Assembly (NCBI RefSeq): GCF_040938485.1
Contig: NW_027271101.1
Coordinates: forward strand, 186,001 to 250,000
Source: Diadema antillarum
Taxonomy: Eukaryota
DNA: 64,000 nucleotides
Direction: 5' to 3'
Shown: in pieces, positions 23,901 through 36,900 of the stretch
Numbering within the stretch: the first letter of the stretch is position 1
Layout: every line of letters starts with the position of its first letter
Translations under genes and position numbers: made by a program
The notes under the pieces: model-generated
What the model saw: only the letters and a program-made list of their open reading frames with translations
What the model was told of the DNA's origin: nothing
Databases searched by the model: none

Positions 23901-26900
23901 AGAACTGAAAAAGACACACACATACACACACAGAAAAGAAAATACTGAAAAGAGGATAGAGTTCCCGAATTTGACTCGTAGTTTTCCCTTGATCCGACTT
24001 CAGTATTAGCAATGTACTTTATGCAGTCCTCGTGTAAACATCATGTATAAAGTGAGACCAAACAACAGCTTGTCAATGCTGAGCATTAAAGTTAGCAATA
24101 TTTGTACCAGAAAAACTAATTGTTGAAGAAGAAGAAGAAAAAAAATGTACCAACCATACAAGCAAACATCAGAAGCCATGTCTTATTTGTTCTATGTATG
24201 GCTGTGTGCAGATTGTGTTACTATAAATTCTTTCATGAACTACTTTTAGCATGCATTATGCATCATTCATTAGCAATCATTATTGTAGTGTATTTAAAGT
24301 TCATACTGATTGTTTTATAATTATTTGTACAGATCATCCATCAAGACCTACATTGATGACAATGTCGAGAATGCCAAAAGACTCAAAGAACAGAAAAAGT
24401 AAGTACATTGTGTGAACTGCCAATTAATGACTCGATGAACTACATTTCAGTCTGTAGTACTTCGGTTCTGCTTTGACGAATGTTTATCATGTACAACATA
24501 TTCTCCTATATGAGAGGACATGTGGCAGGAATGAAATCTTTTTCAATATTAACACTGTTCTGATAAGCAGTAGATTTGATTTGGCTGGTTTAGATGTAAA
24601 ATTGTTAATATCAGTAAGCTATTGTATGTTCAACTGTGTTCTGTTAGTAGCTCAATATATAGAGGTTGTGCTGGGAAAAAAAATGAATCTATTCAATGGA
24701 TACTAGTTCCTGTAGATTTACTCTGCGACTGGTTTAATGATGATGACCAGCAAAATTTTTAAGTCTGTAGTGCCTTTATTATAATTGTCACATTCTTCCT
24801 CTGCTTCCCTTTCCATATTTTTTGTTCTTCTTTGCCTCCTTCCTTCACCTTGTTTGTGTTCTCATTTCTCCTTCTGTTTCTTCTTTGTCATTTTCTTCCT
24901 TCTCTGTCCTTCTCCTCCTCCTCTTCCTTCTTCACCTTCTCCTGTCATCTTCTTCTCCTTCCTCATCAGATTAAACATGCTTGTCGTTGGAGCCAGTTCT
25001 GGGCAACTCACTCTTTTGGCTTATGGTGTGGCACCAGTAGCAAGTTTGGAGGTATCACATTTCATTCCTACATTAAAGGTGAGAATTTAAATGGTAAACA
25101 CGCCTAGGAAATGTATTGCCATGTTTGTTGGTACCTTTATTGGTACATTTTTTTTGTGTACGAGGATATTGTTGTGAAAAGTGTTGAATGCCTAGCGCAA
25201 GTCCATGAACACACCAATGACATACTTTTACTCAGCAAAGTGGGCATTCAACCCCCAATCGTACAATCAGGGTAATTCCATGTCTGTGGAATGAAATTTC
25301 CTGAAACTATAGTGGTTGTGGTTCAGTCTGTCATTTAGCACAAAAAAAAAAAAAATCAGCTTACAATCTGTCTTAACAAGTCTTTTTTTAAACAAGTCAA
25401 TTTCTTTAGATTACAACTATGTAACTACAGTCAAACCTTTCTATAGCAGCCACCAAAGGGAAATGAAAAAAAGTGGCCATAGAAGACAGGTAGCTGCTAT
25501 AGACAGAGTCATCGACATGGCTTTTCTCTTGGGGGAAATTGTGTTTTAATGGTTGCATACGCCATTTGGCTGCTATAGACAGTGGTCGCTATTGATGGGT
25601 TTGACTGTATTTTCATGAAATTATAGATATTGTTGGGAAGTGAGGAAAACTCAAACTTATTTTTATGCATTCTTGTCATTCTGATATTTGATTTTTGACC
25701 AAAAAACTTGTGAAACTTCCATTTTGATGTGTGTGTGCCTGTGTGTGTGTGATAAGTAATTCTTTGTATTCTGTGCTCAAATACTCTTCCCTTTTCAAGT
25801 GTGGAGATATTGTTGGAGCATCGCTATCAGCAGATTTGCATACCCTCTCTGTCGTAGTGGAACATTCCAATGAAGATGACATCACAGAGATCTACCAGAC
25901 CATGCTCACAGTAAGTGAATCATCTGACAAGCATTTCAGATACATTCCACTCCGTCTAAGGATAAGTCTCTTTTTTTTGGGGGGGGGGATGGAAGGGGTG
26001 GCACATGTGGTGGAATTCATTTAAAGCTTAATATGCCCACATCCTTAGTTGTGATATGCTCAGCTATTTAAGTTTGTTTGTTCAAATTTGTTTAGTTTAT
26101 TGAAAAAACACAAATGACCTAAATGCAATGTTAGACAATGCACTTAGGTAAAACAAAGCCACAAATTCATGAAAGTTTCATTCACGCAAAAATGTGTGGC
26201 TTTAAAGTAGTATCCATGAATAGAAATAGAGGTGTGTATGCATTTTTCGAGATGATGGTTACTCAGTTTATAACAAAGGTTATTGATATCAAAGAGTATT
26301 TGCTGCATTTAACTTGAGCCATGGTTGGCATAATCATTTCATATACGGTTTGGTCTTTTCTCCTTTCTGTTATCCACGAACGCACCACAGATGAATTGCG
26401 TTCTCCTAGCGTCTAGACATCAGGAAATCTCAAGATACGCAATGAAGTTTGGCAAGATCAGGACTCTAATGGAGGTATGTTGGGAGATGATTCGACTCTC
26501 TTCTTTGAAGCCATGGTTAAAACTTAGAGACAGAAATGCTATTGTAAGAATATTTCTTATAATCACACGTCTGAAACATCATAATATCTTCGTAGTGATG
26601 TTGCTGTATACCAATTAATGATGGTAGTCATATAGTGAACATATCAGTGCATCCAAAGACAATTCTTTACTAGAAGTTGCTTTTGTGAGTAAGTCATGGC
26701 ATATATTGTTATCAGTTATAAGAACGAAGGTACTTGCGTTGCCAGTTTTATTTTTTTTTTTCATAGAGATTGTGGAATTACTTAGAATTAGGGGAAGAAA
26801 AATGGAAACACAGCAGATGTTAGATCAATTCTTGAGTGCCAAATTAATCAAATATTGCAATGCCCTGTTGATGAAAAACTTGCTTTGTTCTAGGTTTGGC

Positions 26901-27885
26901 CAAGTATCCCTGCTTTGTGTATAAAGTTGTTACTATACAGAATATGCAACACGAGCTCTCTGTTAAGATTAGACTGCTGCATTTAACACTATTGTTAATT
27001 GCAAATTAGTTGAAACATGCTTTCATTTACACATTTTGAGTTAATGTCAATTTTGAATCGGGTTTAGTGAGGTAAACTTGAATAATTTACACACAAACTT
27101 GAGGCATAATCTACCACTATGGTGTTAAGAAACCTACGTAATTTGTTGAGCTAATGACCATCCTGTTAACAATGACGAGGGGATTTACCATTTGCTAAGT
27201 GTTACATATGTACATGTATCAGGACAATTTTACCCTGGATAAATACCGGATAGTGATAGGGTTAGAGCAAAGATTTGGGTTAGGGTTAGGTTTAGGTTCA
27301 GGATTAGGATTAGGATTAGGGGAAGAGGAACGGGAAAGGTCTTGATTAAGTTTTCATCGCGTAATTGTCCTAGAATTGTATGGTATGTAAAATGTATGCA
27401 TGTATGCATGCATATGCGTGTGTGTGAATACATACATTTGTATGTATGTACATGTATGTGTGCTATCTATGTATCTCTCTGTCTACACTGTCTATANNNN
27501 NNNNNNNNNNNNNNNNNNNNNNNNNNNNNNNNNNNNNNNNNNNNNNNNNNNNNNNNNNNNNNNNNNNNNNNNNNNNNNNNNNNNNNNNNNNNNNNNNNNN
27601 NNNNNNNNNNNNNNNNNNNNNNNNNNNNNNNNNNNNNNNNNNNNNNNNNNNNNNNNNNNNNNNNNNNNNNNNNNNNNNNNNNNNNNNNNNNATTTGGGTC
27701 TAGGGCAATTACCCCCTGGGCAGTCACCCCAGACCCTTCCCTTGACCCAGGCTAACCCTAATCCTAATCCTGAACCTAATCCTAACCTAAACCAAACTCT
27801 AAACCCAAAACCTAACCCTAACCCTCATCTTTACTCTAACCTTGTCACTAATCAGTAATTAGCTGGGGGTGGGGGGGTTAATTGC

Positions 27886-27920
<35 letters not shown>

Positions 27921-30900
27921 AATCGTCCTGATACGATCCATGTATCTATGTATCTATGCATGCATACATGCATGATCATTGGTATCCCATCTTGCAGTAC
28001 CTTGAGGCGACCCTGAAGGCTGTCACTGAAGCCAAGGAGGACATTCTCATCGAGATGGAGACGAAACTCACCAAGTATGCTCAGGTACTTTCACTTTCTC
28101 TGTCATATCTCCATACATTTCTGCTATGTAACACTCATTAATCTCTGTGCACACAAGTATATATCCATGCTATCATCTCTCATTTTCAACATGCCAGTTT
28201 TATAGCACAGCAATTGTGAGAGCAGTGGTCACACTTCCTAGGGGGAAAATTCACCCTCTATCAACAAGATTTTTTTAAAGGCAGCAAAGGTAGGGTAACC
28301 GCGTGAATAGAATTTTAGTAGAATGGGAAAAGAAGATTCTAAATGATACAGATATAAGGGAACTACAACATGACTTGTAATAAAGATTGTTCATGTGGCA
28401 TTCCATGGGCACCCCAAAGTATCTGGATTACGAGAGTAACTATACAGTGTGTTCACAATTTAGTTGCTTATACTCAGTCATCAAGTCAAGCCATTAAAGG
28501 TGTGGCAAATTTCGCTGAATGTGAGTAGATATGCAACGATCACACTCTCTTCACATTTCTGCAGGTTTTTAATATGCTTGTAAGCCTGCAAGCTGCAGTG
28601 AAGGATGTTTGCCACAGCTTCAGTTGTTATTTAACGTGTTATTTGCATAAGACTTGCAGTTTTGCGTGATATGCCACTTATTGTTCATTTGTCATGTTTG
28701 ACAAGTTTCTTGTCAGTGCAAGATACTTCTAGTTGTAAATCACCCAAGCGATCATTTCAAAATTATATGGAGGCTTAAGGCGTAAACATGTTGTTTAATG
28801 ACATTGAGGTTTCTTTTTCCTCTGTTATTTGCAAGCAGCAAAAGAAAGTGAGTGAGGGCTCGCTCAGCGATGAGTTTCTGCAGCTGTTGCTGTGGGGCAA
28901 GGCTAGCCTTGAGCTCCAGGAGTTTCTTGTCAATGATCTGACAGAGAAGGGCCTAAAGAAACTGGACCAGTCTGTCGAAAACTCATATGTCAGCATCCAG
29001 AAACTGGTCCTCAAACATATTCACAGGTACCGGCAGCCTTCATATAGTCTTGTCTGTTAAGGATAAATAATTCATCAGCAGTTATGCTAAAAATATATAG
29101 GAAAAGAAAAAGTACTATGTTTAAAACAAGCATGCATTTTAAGAAGAGGTGGAGACTTGGATTGCTTCATTATTGCCTGCAGAGTTTATAGTAATCCACA
29201 TAAATTTTGTCAACAAACATGCAATTTGTGAAAGCTGTTGACTGGGATTTGCTCAAGCACTGAATATAGTTAGTATTTACATGAATTCCCATAAAGTTTT
29301 ATAATGTTGTATTTGTAACAATTTGATTCTGCTTTTGTATATATTTGTGAACAAAACTTCAAACCATTTCAACAACCATATTGTTTCATACTACATTTTC
29401 ATGTTTCATTATCATCGTTGTTAATGCCTCTCAGCAGAGTGTAGATTAGAATTGCCTTGCAGGACTCCTTTGATGCCTCCTGAGGTGCTTTAGTCCTAGA
29501 CGTGAAGTCCTCTGAACATTTCACTCTTAAACAGGTTAGATAGTGTGGTGTGTGGAAGTTATGTCCCAAGACACTGCACCCATGTTCCACCTCTGCAGTA
29601 CTAGTAGTGGGGTCAAGAACCAACAGTGAACTTTGCTTTGTTTTTGTCCAGTGTTGGCCGCTCACTGCTCTTCCATCTGAGTGAGCTGAAAGGCATGGCT
29701 CTATGGTATGACAAGTATGGCATGCTGGGCCTCAGTGCCACTGCCATTCAAGGTGAGGATGGAAAGAAGAGACATCATGAAAAACTTTCTTTTTCCTTTC
29801 CTTCTTTTAAGTACAGTCCACAAAAGGTGCATCAAAATACCCCCATGCTCTCCTATTAACCCATTGAGGACGGGCTGATTTTGCTACAACACACATTTCC
29901 TGTAGACACTTGCCCGAGTATACTCGGAACTCGTCCTCAACAGGTTTAATAGCATACTCCGTACTCTTCTGTGGATTGTAGCCCATGCACACTGTGAAGA
30001 ACACTCCTGCTTAGCTCGACTGTCATTAGTAACTGAATCTGTCACATGAGCAACTTCACAATTTTTGTGTTTATTGCTTGAGATTTATATTCCTTATATC
30101 TAGTATCACAAACATGTTCATAGAGCATTATTTCAAAAATACAGATATGGATTGAATACAAATTTAGTAACACAAGTGTTTCAGAATAGGATGCTTACAA
30201 TTATTCATGGTATGACAGACTGATGCAAGCTGGAATTACTATCTATGATGAAGCCAAAGGCCCAAGCTGTGAATTTTTACTTGTCCCTTTCAATTTTACA
30301 GAAAAGATTAGAAGAAAGAAAAATTTATAAATGAAGTAATGACAACAGTAATTACAATAAATGTATGTTAAACATCTTAACTTTTTTCAACATCTTAACT
30401 TTTTTAGATATCTTAATTTTTTCATACTTCATTTGCAGATGCCATGAGTGCTGTTGGATCCTTCATGCTAAAGGCCAATGAACTTTTGCAGTGAGTAACT
30501 CAGAGAATGACTTTACCATAGGAGAGGGTGAACGAGAGTTAGATAGACATAGATATTAAACATAGATTATGTTTCAGCAGGAATCGTGGCAGATAAGCAT
30601 ATTGATGACACCCGAGTCACTCCATGGGTATTTTTTTTTTTTTTTGGGGGGGGGGGGGGTCAAATTAAGGTAAAAATAGTGAGTTTGTTAACAAGTCATG
30701 AAGGCAAGGACCAATAGTTAAACTTTGCTAACCACAACTTCCTCAGTTCAAACTGCCATACTAGGTACTGTATACGGCGAATATTTTGCGAGGTTTTTAT
30801 TTTCACGAATTTCGCACATTGGTTGCTATTCGCAAATTTGAAAGCACATGGAAATATGTATTCAGATCCCAACATGAATGTGATGTGCGCACATGCAATT

Positions 30901-33900
30901 GTCCGTTCAGTACTGTACACCACAATCGCAAATTTAGCCACTCATAAATTTGATGGGAAGTCCTGATTCACAAAAGAAAATAAACTCACTAAACATATGG
31001 TATATACAATATTTGACAACTTCCTGCTTAGAACAAAAAACAATGACAAGCAACAAATGCATACACACAGACAAAACACACACACACATGCACACAGAAA
31101 GAAAAAAAATCAGTCTGTATGAAGTCTATGTTATAGTACACATTCGTTCTCAAGCCATTTGTCTGTGCATGTGTGTAAGAAATGGGAGAACATTGATTTA
31201 CTGTATTTTACTCTGGCTCCTGCTTCATATCAAATTTGCCACCAATAGCGGCCTTGCTTTGACTTTGAAGATCTGTAAATTATATTTCTTTTGTTTCAGC
31301 TGTCATTGTCTCTTTTTGAAGTTTGCTTTTATCTGTTACATGTCAAGTTGAAATTTACAGCCTCATCTCCATAAGTAACAACCTACAAAAGTTGAGATTT
31401 AGCTGCATAGAATAAAGTTGATTTTTTCATAAACTTGATGTCTCATACCATGATAAAGTTTTCCCAGATTTGATCACTCACATTCTGTACAAGACTCAGA
31501 TCTCCTCCTTCTCTTCATCAAAATATATTTGTTCTGTTGCACTGACCTCCAGGGTGATTGAGCACAGTCTGAAGAACTTCAAGGCCTTCTTCCGCTGGCT
31601 CTACGTCGTCTTGATGCAGCTCCTGGAGGAACCAATACAGCAGAGTGTTAGCAGAGTGAGTTTTGTTAGCAGAGTGAGTTTTGTTAGCAGAGTGAGTTTT
31701 GTTAGCAGAGTGAGTTTTGTTGGCAGAATGAGTTGTGTTAGCAGAGTGAGTTTTGTTAGCAGAGTGAGTTGTGTTAGCAGAGTGAGTTGTGTTAGCAGAG
31801 TGAGTTGTGTTAGCAGAGTGAGTTGTGTTAGCAGAGTGAGTTGTGTTAGCAGAGTGAGTTGTGTTAGCAGAGTGAGTTGTGTTAGCAGAGTGAGTTGTGT
31901 CAGCAGAGTGAGTTGTGTCAGCAGAGTGAGTTGTGTTCGCAGAGTGAGTTGTGTTAGCAGAGTGAGTTTTGTTAGCAGAGTGAGTTGTGTCAGCAGAGTG
32001 AGTTGTGTCAGCAGAGTGAGTTGGGTCAGCAGAGTGAGTTGGGTCAGCAGAGTGAGTTGTGTCAGCAGAGTGAGTTGTGTTAGCAGAGTGAGTTGTGTTA
32101 GCAGAGTGAGTTGTGTTAGCAGAGTGAGTTGTGTTAGCAGAGTGAGTTGTGTTAGCAGAGTGAGTTGTGTTAGCAGAGTGAGTTTTGTTAGCAGAGTGAG
32201 TTGTGTTAGCAGAGTGAGTTGTGTCAGCAGAGTGAGTTGTGTTAGCAGAGTGAGTTGTGTTAGCAGAGTGAGATGTGTCAGCAGAGTGAGTTGTGACTTC
32301 AATCTTGTGCTGTTGTTTGTGTATTGTTATTGTTCAGCCTCTTTTGTGATACTGTAAACAAGATATGTTCACGGCATAAATTTTTCGGGAATCAGCATGA
32401 AATCTTTCTGCAAATTTCCACTGGCATTTTATGCATATGGTGTAGACAAAAACTTTCATACATGTGCATTTTGATTTCACAGATCTTGGCTCTAGCGAAA
32501 TTTGTAAAATTAAAATGCATGCAAACATTGTCCTGTAATATTTGCTCATCTTTTACTCCGAGTCAATCTCATATATTGAGATGTTAGGTAGATCAGATTA
32601 ATACTTATGTAGATCTCTCTTCTCCTTGTAGCTACATATAATTGCATTTGACTCTATAATTTGCATTAATATACTGCATGCATCCTTTCTGTATGTCATC
32701 TTATGTTTTCACATATTTTGCTCATTTTGTTTTCTTATGTTGTTTTTGTTTCCTCATAGCTAAGGGTAATATTGACCTTAGAAACAGAGTTAGCATATTT
32801 TGGCTGCATTCACATGCTGACCATTGTGGTGTTCTATTTTTTTATTTTTTTATTTTTTTTTGGGGGGGGGGAAGGATTGTCAATGTTACCCATTTGTTTT
32901 TGTCTCTTTAACTTACCATGCTTCAAATGAGTAGCACTACCATGAGGACTCCTGTCATATTATCTGTTGCCATGACAATGATGCTCAGTCCTATATGCAA
33001 TGGAAATTGGTCTCCATTTTAGCTTTCATTTTTTACCCTCTGGATCTAGTGGTGTTATGCCATTTAAGTTTGTGGCATGATAATATTCAATTGTATAAGC
33101 AATAATTTGTGGCTTGACTTTCTAGCCCTTGCTTTTATTTTGTGTTGACAGATGTACCAACGAGATATCAACTTTGTTGCCGACTTTCTAACAGAGAACT
33201 TCACAGATGTAAGTATTTGTAAATATTCTCCTAAATGTAATGATGCACATTACCTCTAGTCTATGCAGAGTATGAAATTATGATCTCATCAAGGAGAATT
33301 TTGCTGTCAACCAAATTTGCCAGATTTGAAGCCAATTGACTCTATTTCATCTTTTACCACAGTTTCAGGATGTCATACTGTTTGATTGATGGTTGATTGG
33401 TTGGGCTTGAACGATATGCAAAGGTCAAATATCATTGGTTTTAGAATGAAGAGAGCAGTAATGACCAATTAATTAAGAATAACGAGGACTTAAATTCTGT
33501 GCTGAAAGCATCAACACCCTTATATTAAGGCTCTCACGACACTGAATATAATAAACATTAAGATGTTGATAAAGATACTAAAATGTAGACAATTGAAGAA
33601 ACAAAGAGCTAAGTTCAATTGATGCATACATGTCGGATGAAATATTAACTTACACAAAATATTATCTCTCCATGTATTTGATTTGTCTGCATTGCATGAC
33701 TGTCAGAGGTATTTTGGAAGAGGAATTTAGGTGCAAGGAAAGGCCAGTAACTTGTTATACTACTCTTGCAAAATGTCAGCATCTTTTAGATGTGCAACAA
33801 ATTATCAGCTGGTGTATGTAGACAATGCTGTGGCCAGACCTCCCAACCATTCTGAAATTTGAGGAAAGAATCTGAATTTTGACCATTCCCAGCTCTCATT

Positions 33901-36900
33901 TCAGTAAGAGTTCCCTATATTTCTTGATTATTTCACCTCTCACTTCTGTGGGAATTACTCTTTCTTTCCTGCTGTGGAGCCAAATCATCCCTGTTTTTCA
34001 GTCAGAAAGGTTGGGAGGTCTGTGTGGCTCTGGAGGGACTACTTATCATGAACCAACTTGTATTTGTATCTCAGACAAGTATCTTGTCTACTTTTTGTCT
34101 GGTCCCAAAGGAACCGAGTTTAGAAGGGACTAAGTCGGGTTTCACCTTGGAGAGGGTTGGCCAGTACCTGCGCAAGGAGAACCTCCAGTTTCCCATTAAC
34201 TCCGCCCCGGACTCCTGGCAGGACCTGGTCAACGCCACGCCCAGCCTCCGCGAGAGTGACCTGCTGTTTCCATGGCAGCGGGAGAAGTCCCTGAGCCAAC
34301 TTCACGACCTGGTCAAGGAAAGGGTTGATCATGCCCTGAGCAGACCACCTGTAAGTTAACACCAGCAGATTGAAACCAACAAAAAGCATGACAAAGAGAC
34401 ATTGTGGCCATTTCAGATTTTTTTTCTGTGATTTGATTTGATTAGATGCAATTCCTGCATTTTTTCACAAAAAAATCTAACATCACAAGGAAATCTTCAA
34501 AAAATGATTATATATTGAAAAATACTAGTATACTAATCATACAGGTAAAAAAATAGTATGTCATTGAAGTAAAGCATTATGAACAAATGCAGGACACTGC
34601 TGTCGTAAGCAAAGGCTTCGTTTTAATGGCAGCCTCTATATGGAGCAATATCTTCATTGAGTTTCAGATTTCCTGAGTACACAATTGTAAAGAAATGTAC
34701 ATCAAGCTTAGATATAGTCCTGAGAACATCTGTATATACGAATGAAATGAATACATCAGCGCTGCACGCTGGCACTGGTCCGACGGTCCCTGACCAGTGG
34801 AAATCACTTTTGGACCAGTAACTCTTTTTCAGGAATTCACCAGGAAAAAAAAAAAAATGGAAAAACTGGGTACCTACTGGTCTGACAGACAGGTCAGACC
34901 AGTAGAAATGGGTTAGTGCGCAGCCCTGAATATATCAAATGTATATTATATGTAAATTTCAACTCATACTGGTGTGTTGTTGGTGAAAAAGGATGGATGT
35001 GGTTTTTGTCTCTCTCTGTCTCTCTCTCTGGCCCATTCTTGCTTGGTAGTAATACTTGATGAATTTTGTTTAAAACTTTGGGAATTTTCAAAAATTAGTC
35101 AGTGCAGATTTGAGCTGAGTTAGTGAGTGATTATCACAAGACCACTTGGAGGTGTAATCTCTATGCCTGACAAATGTGGAAGATCTGCATTTCCTCCCAC
35201 TTTTCATGCTATATACCAACAAAGACAGTTTTACTTTTCTTGAAAATGAAAATGAAGTCCCTTTTGTTTGCAACATTGGTTCCCGTCTCATCGCAGCATG
35301 TTGGAGGCGAGTCCCTCACCTGCCGAGAGTCCCACCGTCTTGACCACCGGTCAGAAACAGATGACCAGGAGCACTGGATATTCTCGCAGTAAGCTTCAAC
35401 CAATCCTATTCATATGCAAGAGCAAAGTTTCCACTAACACATCCTGTGTATTATGTGTAATTACAGTTGATGGTAAGACTGATATTCATTGTAATTCAGC
35501 GGGTAACTATGTCCTGAACAAATTAGCAATGACTCACATCCTTTGATTATACAGAACTTGAATTTTTTTTTTCATTTTCGTGTAAAAAGGGTCATTCACA
35601 TCACTGTTGTGAACAATTGTAGAAATTGATTTTTTTCAAGCTTTCAGACACTGCAGGCTGTAAAAGAAAAAAGAAGATAAACCCTCTACTGTAAATAGAT
35701 CTTACATATTTTTGTATCCCATGTACACAAACCTAAAGGTCACTTCATTCAAAGTGTGCATTGCATTGCTGGTTGTTTTCTTCTTCAATCAACCTGCAGA
35801 CAAGGTAACCAGGACCTTGGTATCTTGTACACGGTGAAGAGTGTAGCGCCCTCACCGACCAAGAGTATTCACTTGACAAGGCAGTACGCCAAGCCAGACA
35901 GGTGAGTTGTCCTGTGTTTTGTGTATGTATATCAGTCAGGATACCAGATGATAACAATGATGATGATTATTATGATAATAATGCTTTAAAAAAATAGTGT
36001 TTAATTATAAGGCCAAGCAACAAAAGAAAGTAGTTTCTCGTCCTCTCGTTCTCTTTTTCACTTCCATGAACTGTTTGATATGGCAAAATATGTAAACTCT
36101 AATTTTGTTTGTCTGCATTATGTCATTGATCTCATTTTGATTGATTTTAGTTTATGTTCTTTGTAACCACTGATCTTCTATCGGAAAGAATAAATGAACG
36201 AATGAACGAAAGAAGTCGTAGTGTACATCTGACTTTGGTGCTGTGTCAATCTTTTCACTATTTACTTTTAAAAATACCCATCAAAAGATTTAAAAAGTTG
36301 TCTTTCATATCCCCATTCACATCATTTTTGAGTTGCCAGTTTGACTTTTTCTTGATGTTTAGTATATTTGCTATCCAAAAAAGATTTGAAAGTCACCTAA
36401 TATTCTGATCGTGATGTCATTCATGCATTGCGATATAGAATCTAGTGTGATAGTGTGTATTCACCATCGGTGTACTGTACCACTAACCAAGAATCCTGTG
36501 AATGTAACCAGCCGCTATGTAATACTGTGGGCTTGGAAGGTGCACTGTTGAGAACATTTTAAAGTACGTTGTCAATGAACAAGTCTTTGAGCTCATGCAT
36601 TTGTACTCCAGTATGCATCATGAGCCTCACTCTTGTGCTGCTATTGCGCTAGGATGCTGGTGCCATTTCCCACAACAAATGATTTTCAAACATGTACAGT
36701 ATGTCCCAAAAAAAATTACAATCCACTTTTCGCATTGATAACACCCAATATGATTAAACCGTCTAAATGCTACTTCAGTGTCTTATAATATGACATCTTA
36801 GCTCTATTTTGCAGAAAACCCCATTCAATTTGGTTGAGTGGTCACAGAGAAATGCGGATTGTTGTAAAGCATGTCATGAGTCTGATTCTTCCAAGTTCAA

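Noticed and set aside
23241-27858. ORFs containing long X runs
   Set aside because: They are artefacts of N gaps.
31601-32302. 233-aa antisense (LTLLTQ)n ORF, and a CRISPR-like reading of the array
   Set aside because: The frame is open only because the unit lacks stops, and it has no ATG start. The repeats are contiguous with no unique spacers, and the context is eukaryotic.
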